Source: Vitrella brassicaformis CCMP3155
Taxonomy: Eukaryota > Protista > Chromerida
Reading direction: 5' to 3'
DNA: 64,000 nt
NCBI GenBank assembly: GCA_001179505.1
Contig: CDMY01000327.1
Coordinates: forward strand, 55,525-119,524
Shown here: positions 13,165-26,281 of the stretch, piece after piece
Layout of the letters: each line of letters begins with the position of its first letter
Numbering within the stretch: position 1 is the first letter of the stretch
Made by a program: the position numbers and the translations under genes
Notes under the pieces: model-generated
What the model saw: the letters and a program-made list of their open reading frames with translations, nothing else
Told to the model about the DNA's origin: nothing
The model's database searches: none

Positions 13165-13572
13165 ATGCTGGCTGCCTCTCTGTGTGGTCAGTTCCAATGA
13201 ACACTCTGGCCCCTTCAAGCACCAGCCCCCGCCTCCCCCCGGCGCGGCCAGGTCCCACCCCACTGTCGCAGAGATGCAGGAGAGGTTCTTCCTCCCACAC
13301 ATCGGTGGCCAGCCAGGGGAGGAGACGGCACACACTTCAGTACGCAGCGCGGCGCCCTCACCCGATCTGGGGCTGCCAATTGGGGGCGAAGGAGCGAGGA
13401 TGTCGCCGCCGATGGTCGCTGGGAGAGGCAAGGGGTGAGACAGCAAGCGCATATCCCCCTGCTGCCAGGCCTCCTTATAAGTGTTTGGTTTGTTTGTCTG
13501 TGTAGGCGTGGTGGCATCAAGACCAACAATCCCGAGCTGGCAAGGCGGCTGCTTGCTGGCACATCGCAGTGA
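11092..13572 (+). CDS. Uncharacterised protein with a C2orf81/DUF4639-like N-terminal motif and coiled coil
   Basis: EAEPKRPPIDTWARGAVEV resembles the EP..D.WA.G.V motif of C2orf81-like proteins (from memory, not searched). Charged coiled coil followed by KPYTFDSDGNLIMV; multiple GT-AG introns; stop TGA at 13570-13572. Confidence 0.6.
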
Positions 13573-14492
13573 AGTAGCATAGCATGGCCGGGACGGACGT
13601 GCGATTGCATTACACTGTCTTGTAAAATGGACTCACTTGGACTTTGTATGGTATGTGTGGATTTCACGCGCCGCGCCAGCACTGTGTGTAAGGTGACATA
13701 TATGGGTTGAATGGATTGACCACATCACGACACAGGCATGCCATGCAGAGAAGGATAGGTCGGTCACAACCAACACGGATACACGACATGCAAGCGTTAG
13801 GTAGGGTAGGTAGCCAGGCGCAAAAAGGCACTCACTGGGGACGGACGGTATGCATGGCATGGGTCACACGACACGGGAAGAGAGAAAGTCCATCCATCCA
13901 TCCAGCCAAGCCAAGCACCAGAGATAGGCACGGACATGCATGTAGCCACGAGACAGACCACTCATACATCAGACAGACGCATACACGCACTACAGGACAC
14001 CACACGTACGCTTATTGCGATCCCTCGTCAAACTCCGCCGGCCATCCATTCATTCATTCGTCCACACCACACCACACCACACACCCCCTATGCGTGTGTC
14101 TCGTTCGTCCCCTGTAGCTAGCTAATTACTCACCGTCCGCATTGGAACAGGAATCGTAATGGATCTACCCTACCTACCGTCGCATCACCGTGCTGATCTC
14201 ACAGTTCCATCTCCCCATGGATGGCATGGATGGCATGCATGGCATGAATGCAGAAAATACACTCGTCACCTCACCGCATGGCATGCATCACGTTGCACCC
14301 GAACATGCTCCCCTCCCGCGCCCATCCCGATCTGCGCTCAGGCACCTCACCTCAGGAGGAGAGGAGACGGACAGGACAGAGACAGTGAAAAACAAACACA
14401 ACACACCCCTTTTGTCAAAACACAACGAACGCCAAGAAAACACATATTGACGCGGCTGGAAGCACCCGGAGAGACGAATACATCGTAGGTAC

Positions 14493-16128
14493 CTAGAGGT
14501 CGGCATCTCCCGCGTGCTGGTCGAGCCGCCGTGCCTTGGCCCCCGATGTTGCGTATTTGGGGTTGTTGTGCCGCTCGAGGAAGGCCACCCCAGGGTTGGT
14601 ATCCGGGTCGATGCCTCTCTGCTGCAGCTGCTTTTCCCAGGCAGAGGGGCACTTGATGTCGCGTATCGACAGGCGCATGTTGAACGCACACATGTTGCCA
14701 CGGGAGATGCCGTTGCAGTTCTCGGTCGCGCGTGCCAAATACCAGAGTGTGGAACCTGAAAGCGAGAGGCACAGTGGCACGAATCCGTGCGTCTTTCTGT
14801 GATTGTCAGTCAGATGGGTTGGCTGACCTGTCGTGCACATGGGGAAGCTTGCTGGGTCGGAGTCACTACATGTGCCTGGGGGGGCTGCCGATGCAGTGAA
14901 GGCGAAGGGCGACTTCTGACCCGCCCCCGTGTACTGCACCCCACCCCACACACACACAAACGACATACGATAGATACGCGGACGGATGTGAGGTGAGTGT
15001 GATGTTCGCTGAAGGATGCTTGTGTGCTGTGCTGACAGACCCTGAAGTCTAGTCGATTGGCGTTGATAGCTGCCCATGTCCCTTGGTCAAATTGGGTGGG
15101 GGCGATGCCTTCCCTGGGTGGCCGAACGGTCCTGCTGAGGAAGAGCGCCTTGATGTGCTGGAAGCTCTTGAAGTATACATCCTTCTTGTACACCGGGAAC
15201 AGGTCGCCCTCGCGACCGTAGTTCTCACCCGTGCCCACAAAACGCCAGATGCCGTCGAAGGTCTGTGGCTGCATGTCCACGCTCCCCGCCATGCACCTCT
15301 TTTTCCGTGGGTCGTTCTCGATGCACGACGCCTCGAAACCAGTCACCAACACGCACTCTGACGGCAGACATAAGAGCTGTATATGTCATAGTCTTCTGAT
15401 AGTTGTGACTGTCTGTGCTCTTGTTACGTGCGTATTTCAGGGTTTGCTTCTGCGCCAGAGTCATATTGACGGGGGGTCCGGTGCCGTATTGCACCTCTGC
15501 ATAAATCGACAGCAAGAAGCACAAGGCAGGGCTCTCAATCAGTCAAATTGTCAATAATCAGTCAATCGGATCCCTTGCTTGGTCACTGACCTTTCGCCGC
15601 CTGTTTCTGCTTGCACAGCTCCCCCTGACAGAGCATGGCAGCAGGGTCCATGGCCGCAAGCTTTTGCACCTCCTTGAAGGCGTCAAGGGCCACATTCTTG
15701 GCACCGTCAAGGAACTCCTTGGGGGTCTCCCCCGACACGGCCGGCCGCAGCGCAGGCATCGGTGGCGGCTTCTTGAGTGCAGGTGCCCCTGCTGCCTCAG
15801 CTGCCATGCCAAGTGTGCCCAGTGCGCCGCCAAACCCGCCTATGACGCCATCAGACTCGCTCACAGCCGCGTTTCTGTTCACAGCCGGGTTTCTGTTGAC
15901 GATCCGCGAGCCGACGCCAGCGGCGAGGTTTGGGATGGGGAAGAGGCCGGCGGGGGGAGGGGGGGCGGGGAGGATATTGGAGGGGAAGAGCCCTCCTAAC
16001 TGGGCCAATGATGGGGTGAGGAAGATGGACACAACGAGCAGAGACCGGAGGGGAGATTTCGCTGGTGCCGGGATTGTGGTGGCTGTTCGCGCCGCTCGCA
16101 AGCTGCACGGGCCGCTTTGCCTTCTCAT
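14493..16128 (-). CDS. Predicted secreted protein with Pro/Ala-rich linker and Cys-containing C-terminal domain
   Basis: Hydrophobic leader LRSLLVVSIFLTPSLA|QL. Five phase-compatible exons give ..EVQYGTGP..QCVLVTGFEASCIE..DGIWRFVG..GSTLWYLARATENCNG..GDADL*. Confidence 0.7.
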
Positions 16129-16223
16129 CCTGGATGGATGCCGGAAAGAGGTAGTGTCCATTTGCATCCAACAAGTTGCCCGTACACTGTGCCAAGTCTC
16201 GACTTTGTAAACGAATTCGAAGA

Positions 16224-16244
16224 AGGGTTCGGGTTTCAGGGTTT
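16224..16244 (-). promoter_or_regulatory. Telomere-like AAACCCTG/AAACCCG/AACCCT cluster upstream of the secreted-protein gene
   Basis: agggttcgggtttcagggttt lies about 100 bp upstream of the ATG at 16128. Confidence 0.4.
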
Positions 16245-17061
16245 GGACAAGAGCACGCCCGCTCACAGATTGGCGCTGGTGGTCTCATTCGGTTTGTCAG
16301 TGAGGGCACAGGTGAGCCAACGACAATTACATGGCCGTCCACCGATGACAGAAATGCATTAGCCCTCCTGCCGTGTGTCCAATGTGTGTGTGCAGGCGGT
16401 GCTCGTCAGATCTCACCGCACTCATTGGCGTCAGACAGAGGCGGTGAGTGAGAGAAAGGCACACACGCACCCACATGCAGCACGGTGGACACATCGGATG
16501 ACGGGCGCCTATTCTCTGTGTGTCAGATCTGGTTTGTCTGTGTGTGGCGCCTTTGTGAGGGTATCTTCGTCAGTGTGGTCACACACAACACAGAGAGGTC
16601 GGCCTGCACACATGAGCTCAACCCTGGCCAAGCATGCGCCCATCCTTGTGTCTGTCATCTCACTGTACTGTCAGGTCCATTAGTGGTTTGTGTGGTGTGT
16701 GGCGGGAGGGATATCATCACTGAGTTCGTTCGGTGACGGCCTGACTAACTGCATTTCTATCGCTCGCGACCAGACACCACAGGTGGGTGAGGACATACAC
16801 TCAAAAACGCACAGAGGCCTCCGAGTGTGTGTTGTGTGTGTCGGAAGGTGAGCAGGGTTGTGTGTGTCGGTGTCCTCATCCATTGCCTCTCATTCGTCGC
16901 GCGTCGTCCTGTCCGCATCAGAGCCGCACAGGTGCGCCCGATGACACCATGATAAGCAGCCTCACACATGCACAGACACTTACTTGTGCCCTTTTCTGTG
17001 CGGGTGTGTGGATGCAGATCGGGCATCGTTCGTCGCACCGCCTGCAGTACTTCATCAATCA

Positions 17062-18594
17062 ATGAGCTCGTCTGCGTCGTCTTCGGGTCCCACCGCACCA
17101 TCGCCGTCGAACGTCGGAGTGTTTGAGTGTCGTGTGTATGAGGACGGCCGTGGGGGCTACGAGATGGATGTGCAGGGGCAGCGTGTGGCCATCAAGCCAC
17201 CATTCCACGACCACATCAACTTCTGCTCGGCCGTCAAGGACGACCGCATCACACAGCTCAAGCAAGAGATCGGCCAGCTCAACAAAACCTTTCAGTGCGA
17301 GAAGGTCGACTCCATTTATCCTATCCATTCATCGCTTCTCTTGTCGGCATGTGCAGGGAGAAGGACAGCCAACTGCAGCGCCACGTGGCCGACAAGACCG
17401 CCAACGCCGCCCTCCTCACCGCCAAGAACAACACCATCACATCGCTCAAGCAAGACATCGCCGCGCACCGCACCCGCATCGACAAACTCGAGCAGCAGAA
17501 CGCCACACTCGAGAGGGACCGCCTCACCGACGACCGACTCCATCAGTGTGGGTCTGCGGCTGAGATCAAAAGCATAGCGGCGCGGGCGGGTGAGGAGATG
17601 GTGCGGCTGGCGGGCTTCAAGCGGCGTGCTGAGGCGCTGCACGACCAGAGGGAGAGGGAGGAGGATGAGAGCGACCGCATGTGTGTGGCCTGCAAGTATA
17701 GAGAACGGACCGTCGCACTCCCTTGCGGTCAGTGAGGAAGACAGAGAGGCGCGGGATGGGCTGACATTCACTTCTCTCTGTGGAAGTGTTTGAGTGTGTC
17801 TGGTTGTGTGGGGGCAGGGCATGTGTGTTTCTGTGAGGAGTGCTACCGCCGTGTGCTGTCGGGTCCGCCTGAGAGAGCAGATGATGGCGGTGATGAAGAT
17901 GAGGAATTCGAGGAGGAGCCGACGCCCAAGTGTGCCATCTGTAGGAAGACATTCTCCACCAACACCACCACAGCACAGCCCGCCAGGTATAGAGGAGAAG
18001 GCCGGGGGCGGCTGTGTGTGTCACACTGATGTGCATGGCCGGGGGCTTTTCCCGTCACTGCCACACTGATTGATCCCTTGGCTTACGTGTCGGTGTGTGT
18101 CAGTGTGGCCAGTGGTGGCGGTGCGTCGGTGAGGACTTCAGCTGCCGGCACCGCTGGACCGCAGCCGAGCGGCTCGCAGCAGCAGCGGGCCGCCAACACC
18201 ACCGCAGCACAGCGGGCCAGGTCGGTGCAAAGAGAAGAGGACAAAACAGACCTCGCCGTCTGTCATGTCTGCCCCCTTCCTTTGCAGCGACATTGACGCC
18301 TTCATTGAGATGCCATCTGGTGCTTGGTATTGCATCGTCACTCCCGGCACCGGCAGAGTGCCCACACTCAACGACCGCGTCAAGTACGACTACATTGCGT
18401 GGTTTGATGGCGACGGCCGTGATCAAGCCTACGATAACCGTGGGCAAGTGGATCGTGTGTCTGATTTTCCGGCTGACTCGGAGCGTGAGGCGCTGCTGTC
18501 GATGCGAGAGGGGGAAGTGAGGCAGATCAGAATGCCAGATGACAGATACTTTGTCCCCTACGTTCAGCTGCGGTTGATCAGCATACTACAGTAG
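17062..18594 (+). CDS. Coiled-coil + RING finger (C3HC4) + degenerate FKBP-like domain protein
   Basis: RING CVACKYRERTVALPCG|HVCFCEEC..CAICRK, then a linker exon, then terminal exon 18288-18594 (SGAWYCIVTPGTGRVPTLNDRVKYDY..EALLSMREGEVRQI) with an FKBP-like pattern. Confidence 0.8.
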
Positions 18595-18990
18595 GAGAGA
18601 GTCCACACACGCACACACACATCTGTCATGTTTGCCCCCCTTCCTTTGCAGCGACAGTGATGACTTCACAGTGATGGCATCTGGTGCTCGGTATCGCATC
18701 GTCACGGAGGGCACCGGCAGAGTGCCCACACTCAACGACCGCGTCAAGTACGACTGCATTGCGTGGCGGGATGCATTCGACGGCCAGGACAAGTTCTACG
18801 ATCTCCGTGGGGCGGTGCGGTGTGTGTCTGATTTTCTGACTGGTGTGGTGCGTGAGGCGGTGCTGTCGATGAGGGAGGGGGAAGTCAGGCAAATCATAAC
18901 GTCAACCGGATATGCTGACCGCTACCATCAGCTGCATTTGGTCAGCATAGAGTAGAAGAGAGTCCACACACACACACACACACACACACA
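18259..18990 (+). repeat. Tandem duplication, about 364-bp unit (acceptor + FKBP-like exon + downstream flank)
   Basis: Units start tctgtcatgt at 18259 and 18622. Both share ggcaccggcagagtgcccacactcaacgaccgcgtcaagtacgact and end tag.agagagtccacacac. Confidence 0.9.
18652..18955 (+). CDS. Second, duplicated FKBP-like terminal exon
   Basis: Paralog of exon 18288-18594 with a near-identical acceptor (cccttcctttgcag|CGAC), the same phase, an open frame and its own stop codon. Confidence 0.7.
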
Positions 18991-20433
18991 TGGGGGCGGC
19001 TATTTGTGTCACACACTCATGTGTGTGGCTGGGGGCTCTTCCCTCGCTGTGCCTCGGCTTTGAGCGAAGGAATGAGTGTGCTGTCTGTCTGTCGGCCACC
19101 CACACACTCATGTGGCGGTTTCTGTCTGCTCGAGTGTTTGTTTCGTTTTCATTCGACGCGATTGTGTGAGAGCGACAGAGAGTTTTGACTGCTGCGTGAG
19201 TGCGTGTCTTGGATGGCCGCGTGGGATTGTCGTGTGTGCGTGTGTCAGTCGGCCTGTTGTGTGTGGTGATTGCGGTGGTTTTAATTCTCTTGCCCATTGT
19301 GTGTGTGGCGGCGAGATCGACGTGGGGTGTCTATGTCATCTGCCGTGTGTGTGTGCTGATTTTCATTCGACTCGTCTATCTGTTGTGCTGCCAGCGACCC
19401 GGGAGACAGACCGCAATGACACGACGTGCAGTCTTCGTCTGTGTGTCCATACTGACATATTTATCCGCTTAGCCAGCGCAGGGGCGCTTTTGAGCTGACA
19501 GCGAGGGGCATCTATGTGACATCTGCTTTGGTTCAAAGCTGCGCCTCAGTGTGCCCTCCTATAGCAGCCGTGGACGTGGGCAGTGTCTTCGATTCTGTCG
19601 GCCACTCTGCCTCCGTCCGTGTGTGTGGTGGGAGGGAACACTGAGATGCGGCGGCCAATCAGACAGACAGACAGACAGACATTGTCAACACGGAAGCGGC
19701 GACCCAATCAATGGATGGATGGATGGATGGCTCGATACACACACACTTTGCCCGCGCTGGCGAGGTGTGTACGTGACAGTGAACGAATGAGTGAATGAAT
19801 CGAAATCGAAAGACGCGTAGGCATAGCTCTCCTCCGACCTATCCGTCATCCATCCATGTCTGTCTGTCAAGAAGAACAGATGCATTTCTTTCTATGTACT
19901 TCCTTTGATTCGTGTGCGTGTGTCTGTGTCAGTGAGAGAGAGAAGCGGACAGTCAGACAAGACGGAAATTTAAGGGGGCTGTGGGGGATGTGTAAATAAA
20001 TGGGCTGGCTGCATGCACGTATGTCTGTCTGTCTGTCTGTACGTATTGCCTTACCCTGGCTGGGCGTCCCCACCCATCCTGACCACCGTCTCGCATGTGT
20101 CACCTCGTGCCCTCAGCTAGCTGAACGCTTAATTGTGTGGTTTCGATGCATGTATGCGTGTGCATCAGTGACACTGTATGACCGTGTCCGCCTGCGTGGA
20201 CTTGGTGAAGGCGTCAAGTTCAGGCGACCCAATTCATCTTTTGATCAAACAGCGCTATCGCATCGATAAGGTCTGTGCCTGTCAGACCCCCCCACCCCCC
20301 ACCCAAATACACCCACCCACTATGCTATGCACCACACCAAGAGGAAAAACAAAAGGTCCCCCCCGATCGTCAGTCCAAGCATCCCTCCATCAAAGCACAG
20401 CAGCTCACGTATCAACAACACCAACACATGCTT

Positions 20434-23400
20434 CTATCTATTGCCCGCTGCTTCGCTCTGCTTCCTGGGCCGCACGCGGTCCACCACACGAGTCACTCTC
20501 GCTGACGGGGTGGCTGGCGATGCAGTCGCGTCATTCCCCTGCTGCTGCGGCGGTGCACTAGCAGCCGACGGCGCCGCCACGGCGGTGTCTGTGTCTTCAC
20601 GCGCGAAGAGCTTCACACCAGTGACCTTCGATGAGGACGAACTGCTGGACGGCTCACCTGCAGCTGTGCAGAAATGGCAGGTGCAGACCCTTTGTCGTCC
20701 CCAGTGGGCGTACTCACTCACCTCTATGGGCCTGCCGAGTCGTGCGGAACAAATGGATACAGTACCTGAACAGCGATCGGCCAACAAGCACAGCACAGAG
20801 GAGTCGATCGATCGAAGACGTATGTATCTGTGTGCCGTGTGTGACGTATAATGCAATGCATGTCGGTCACCTTTTGTATGAGAATGCGGGTGGGGGTCCC
20901 ACGAAAGTGATGTGCGGGTAGCGCCCCGACATCTCGCCGAGAAACCTCTCACGTGCAGCCTGCACACGACATGGTCACAGACCGACATGGTGCGACACAG
21001 AGGCAAGTGCAAGACGTCTGAGCTGCCTGTGTGTTCCTTACCGCGCTGACAGGTCCGCCATTCAGCGACTCACACGCACACCTCCACACATCATCCCTTG
21101 TCAAGCTGGCATGAAAGCTACGAGATAACTGCACACCACACCAGAGGGCGACAAGCCAATGTAATGTCGATGTGTTTCCGCCGCAGAGCCGTACTCGTGT
21201 GCGGCTGGCTGCCTTTCTGGTGTACGTACCCTGGCCATGATGCCCAGCGATCTTGGCGGCAGGAAGGACATGATCATCTCCTGGGGCGCCCCAGGGATGC
21301 CGGGGAGGCTTGGATGCGCTATCTCCGTCACTGGCGACCGGCTGCTTCTCGTCAGGATGCGGTGCAGCACCTCCTCGAAGGCACCTCCATGCATCGACTG
21401 CAGACAGCTCAACGAATCCTGCCCACACCAAAAAAAACCACACATACCGACTGGTCTCGCCTCTCTTGTTGCTCGCTACCCTTTTGTGTCTGTCCTACCT
21501 ACCTGTCCCAGCATGGGCACGGCTGCCTGCAGCAGCGCCATCAGACGTTTCTCCACCCCCTTGGCCCGCCGCAACTCGGCACTCTGCGTCCGGACTTGCT
21601 TCTGCGACTCCTGCAGGGCCTTCTGCAGCTCAGCCACATTGGTGGTGGCGTTAGCCTCGGGCTTGTTGTGGATCTTGTTGGCCCTGTCGCCGAATCTCAG
21701 GGTGGCGATGGTCTCTCGCGCATTGTGAGAGTGGGGACTGCAGCACAGGATCACGGTGCAGTAGCTGCGACCACCGAAGGAATTCTGAAGCAGACGGGTC
21801 AGCTTCGAATCACTGAGCGAAGAGACACAAGCAGGACACAAGGTAGGTAGGTATCACTCGTGTGCTGCTCGGTCCTCTTTGTGTGTCCGTCGTCACCGGT
21901 AGGGCACGTGGGGCATTGCGGCCGGGTGCGTGTGTGCGGTCGTGCCTCTGGCATGTGACGTGTGGCTGTTGTTGTGGTGCTGCTGCTTGGTGAGTGCCGA
22001 GATGACGTTGCCGAGAGCCAGGAGGGACTGGTTGATGGTGGTCGACTCGCGCAGCCGCTCCTGGCTCTGCACCTCCGTCTTGGACAGCTTCTCGCTGCCT
22101 GGACAACCATCCCATCAACCACCACACACACACGGAAGGAGTGCCATCCATCGGTTCTCTCTACGTGTGTATGTTGGAGTGTGTCACTCACGACTCACTC
22201 ACCTGCGAGATCGACAAGGTAGACCTGTGAGACCCTGAAGGAGCAGTCGTCCAGGTTCTCGCGGCGCAGTGTGAGGACGAACACGGCGTGGCTGCGGCTG
22301 GAGTGCTGGTTGCGGGACGTCTCAGCCTGCATCCGATTTGCAGTGCCCTGCACACACACAGATGAAGCAGACAGACAAGCAGTTAGCTGTAGGGTTGCGG
22401 TGCGACAGATCTGTGCGGTGCAGAGGGACCTGTTTGATGACCCCAATAGACTCCTCTGTATCAGCGATGGGCACTTCTGTCGCATTGGTGACGATGAGGC
22501 CCTTGTCGGGCGCCTCGCGGATCTTCAAGTTGGCCTTGACAGGCGTCAGCAAATCCCGGACATGCTCATTGTAGATCTCGATGAACGAACAGCGCACAGA
22601 AAACCTGCACACAAGCGGGCCGGGCAGACACCTGTCTAGGCTTGCAGGTGCATCGTGCGGTCAGCATTGTGACCTGGCAGAGGAATCGAATTTCCTAAGA
22701 GTCTTGAACAGCCGCTCGATCAGACGCGGGATGAGCCCTCGGGTGACGGGGTCCTTGGCTGCCTTAGCCTGATCACGAGCTGTCTCCTCCGCACCATGGG
22801 CACCTATCATCGTGTAGGTTTTCCCTGACCGAACCACCAAATACAGAAAACAAAAAAGGAGAAAAAGGAGAGTGATCTACCATCCCAGTCAGTCGTTCTT
22901 TCTTTGGTGTGGCAATCTATCTCACCTGCTCCCGTCTGCCCGTAGGCGAGCACCGAGGCCGAGAATCCCTCCACGATTGGCTGCACGAGTGATGCGGCCG
23001 TGCTGCCAAAGAAGTCCTCCTGAGTGGTGTTCATGTCGAACACACGGTCCATGGTAAACCGATGCTGCACCAGCTTGGGCTCGATGCACCCCGGCTCGCG
23101 CATCTGGACGTGGATGTCCCGCTGGCTGGGCTGCACCGACGCCGCCAGCTCCCCTCCCTGGGCTATCTCATCCACACTCTCCGGACGAAGACGCACGTAC
23201 ACGTTGCACCCTTTCTGCAATGATGGTGACGGATGGCAATAAAACCAAACACCAGTGCATGCATTGAAGGCACGCATACGAGAGTGCAGTGCAGAGCCCA
23301 TCGTGTGGTGTCGGTGGCAGCTCACCGCAGGGGCAGGAGGGGTGAGGTCCAGCTCCGATGGCTCATAGAGAGCATCCCATTCGCAGCGAGAAGGTTCGGC

Positions 23401-23631
23401 AGGCACCAAGCTGACCACTGAAGGACTTCTGAGGTGCGTGCGGCTTGTCGGCTGGGGCAGTCTCGCAGAGCCTCGTTTGCCCTCATCGTCGGAATGGTCG
23501 CTCTCGAAGTCCAGTGCCCCGCTGGCTGACCTCAAAGGAGCTGCCAGTGGCAGCACCTCACCGCGGGCATTGCAGCTTTGACGAAAGACGGATGACGAGG
23601 CTTCTGACGCCACCATATCTGACTCATTCAT
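20434..23631 (-). CDS. Kinesin motor protein (kinesin-1/KHC-like motor, N-terminal extension, short coiled coil)
   Basis: VYVRLRP, FTMDRVF, P-loop YGQTGAGKTYTM, IYNEHVRDLL, switch I NQHSSRSH, switch II LVDLAGSE, INQSLLALGNVISAL, HVPYR, SKLTRLLQNSFGG, TLRFGDRA; all join in frame. First in-frame ATG is at 23631. Confidence 0.95.
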
Positions 23632-23968
23632 GCCCAACAACTCAGGCGCGGAAACCTTTTGCCCCTTCCTGAGGAGGCGGAGTCCGCGGCTAAGCTTGCA
23701 GCTAAGCTCGCAGACGGAGAGGGAGGAGGAAAGAGAGGGAGCCGAGAGAAAGAGCAATGCCCCGTGACGAGGACAGCCGCAGTCGCTCGAGATCCCGTGA
23801 GCGCGGCGTCAAGAAGCGTCGTGAGCGTGAGAGGCGACGGGACAGCCAACAGGACAGGCACCACGGCAAAGACGACAGAACCAGGTACACACGGAATTAT
23901 GGACTCTGACTGACTTGCGGCAAAATGACAGATTCATACACTTTTCGTTTGGTCGCTCAGGCGGACAG

Positions 23969-25925
23969 ATGTGCGCCGGCGCCGCAGGTCAGTCGTCAGC
24001 AAGCACGGAGGGAGGCATTCAATCTTGTCAGTCACCTTAATTCTGCATTCGCGTCCGTGTGTGCCGTCGTTCAGGAGCGCGTCACGTTCTCGTTCCCATT
24101 CTGAAAGCGAAAGTAAGGCGGCACGCAACGAGAGGCAGGGCAGGCGGGAGGTGCTGTGCCTTTTCAGCGTATCACTCACATTCGTCATACAGAGCGCCAG
24201 CCTGCAGAAAGTAGCACTGAGTGCGCTCACGGGTTGTGTCTTGTCTGTGCTTCGTCCCTACAGGCAACAGTGATTCCGGAGGTCGGTGATACACTCTTGT
24301 TCACTGATGCGTCCAAACACGTCACAAACTGCCCAGCAAAGCGTAGCGCAGCAGACAGACCAAGAATGGCACTTATTCCTTACTGTCGGAAGACGGGACG
24401 GCCTGCCCGCCGTCACACACGCTGAGGCCTCCCGAGTCCTACATCAATCACATCTGATGGTGCTGACGTCGTGTGTCGTCGTGTGTGTGTATGCTATGGC
24501 ATATGTATGTAAGGTCATCTTGTCAAGCGGCACGGTCGGTTTCGGGATCGCAAGAGGAGCCAATCACACGACCGCGAAATGGACAGGTAAGGTACGTGAT
24601 TGGGTAGGTAGTTGGATGGTTGGTTGCGGTGGATGGGGGGGGAGGGCCCACCCTGCCCACCATCTGTGTGTATGTGTGTGGTGTCAGGCGGCGGCCTGTC
24701 ATATCAGCGATACCCCCGGAAGACAAGATCAAGTACTACACAAACCACCACACGCGCCCCGCCCATTATGTCCCACCTACCTTACCATTGCTCCCCTTGT
24801 GCGTGGCGTGTCTGTCTGTTTCTGGCATCTTTCTTTCTGCACTGCAGGCAGCAGCAGGCGATGGAGGAGAAGTCCATCCAGGATGAAGTGGCTAGAAGGT
24901 CGGTCAAGCACACGTACAACCGTAGAACCAAGCAACCAGGGCCATCACATTCCTTTCATTTCTCTCGTGTGCGTGTTTGGTGCGTGCCGTGCAGGATGGA
25001 GGCTGAGATTCAGCGTCGCGTGCAGCAGCAGCTCAGCAGCGATGCATTCCAGAGGGTAGAGAAGACAGACCTTCATAACGCTAGCTAGCTGGAAATGGCA
25101 TGCGTCGTTTGTGTCCATTCCCTCTCAGGCACTGCATGAGCAGCTGGAGGCCGAGAGGAAACGCCTTGAAGCTGCCATGGTACATCAGGACATGAACACG
25201 ATCAACCAACAGCACCGAAGAAACATGATCGTTGACTGCGTGTATGTGTTTGTGTGTGTGCAGCATGCTGAGATAGAGGCGGAGAAGCGCAGGATACTCG
25301 ACGAATGGAGGCGGAAAGAGGTGAACAGACCCACACGCATGCATGCCAAACAATCAGGAACCCCGCCTTGTTTCTCTCTCTGTCTGGGTGTCCTTGATGC
25401 AGGAGGAGAAGGAGCGAAGTGCCAAGGACCTGGAAACCCTCATGGCAGAAAACGAGTGAGCATCAAACGAACGACGCCCATGGGCTCAGTGCCCGTGCTG
25501 ACTGACCCCTGTCTGTATGTTAGGCGCAAGGTTCGCGAGGATGCCCAGCGGCGCGCTGAGGCGCAGGCCAAGCAGGACGAGGAGAGGCTGCTGGAGCTGC
25601 AACGGATCCAGCACCAGAAGGAAGAGGAGAAACGACGGTACGACTCACACACACGATAGATAGACTAGGGCACTGACTGGCAGCTGTCGACGTCGTGCCT
25701 TCCTGAGGTCTGGCCCCGAGCCCATCCTTTCCCTGTCCTCCACGAATCTTGACTTTCGACTCGATGGCCCACACAAGCTGTGTATTGGGGTGTTGTGTGT
25801 GTGTGTTGCAATGCAGGCGTATTGTGGAGCTCCAGCATCACGCGAAAGGCAACGCAGCGTCGGCTGTATCGCGGACCAAAGTGGCCTTCAAACTAAACAG
25901 CAAGCCGGCTGCGGGATTGCTGTGA
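23969..25925 (+). CDS. ARGLU1-like arginine/glutamate-rich coiled-coil protein (start uncertain)
   Basis: RS-rich N-terminal pieces (RSASRSRSHS, RDRKRSQSHDR), E/R-rich coiled-coil exons (MEAEIQRRVQ.., LEAERKRLE.., RKVREDAQRR..), and a C-terminal SRTKVAFKL resembling the ARGLU1 end motif. Confidence 0.55.
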
Positions 25926-26281
25926 AAGACCAAGACACTCAGCTTCTAGCTACTAGCTACTCCAGTTGGACGATTGATTGCATGGCCAAAGTGATCTGTT
26001 CGCTTACTGCATGCTCATGCCGCAAGATCGGATTCAATTCAATTCAATTCAATTGCATGTTATGAGTGTCTGTTGGTTCCGATTCGCACCGCACGTGATC
26101 AAAAGAAATATGGAGAGTGTGCGCCTCGCCAGTGCCTATACATGCAAAAGCAAACCACCCACGCCACGCAAAAGCATCAGAAGGCCATGTCATGTGTACA
26201 CACGGACAGGAAAAGTAACGTCCAAATAGACCATCCCACCGTTCGTCAACTATCGGTCTTGTCTCGGGTCTGTCTACACTT

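Noticed and set aside
14190-14450. His/Met-rich ORF resembling a metal-binding peptide
   Set aside because: Artefact of ATGG/ATGC repeats in a 3' intergenic region; no supporting gene structure.
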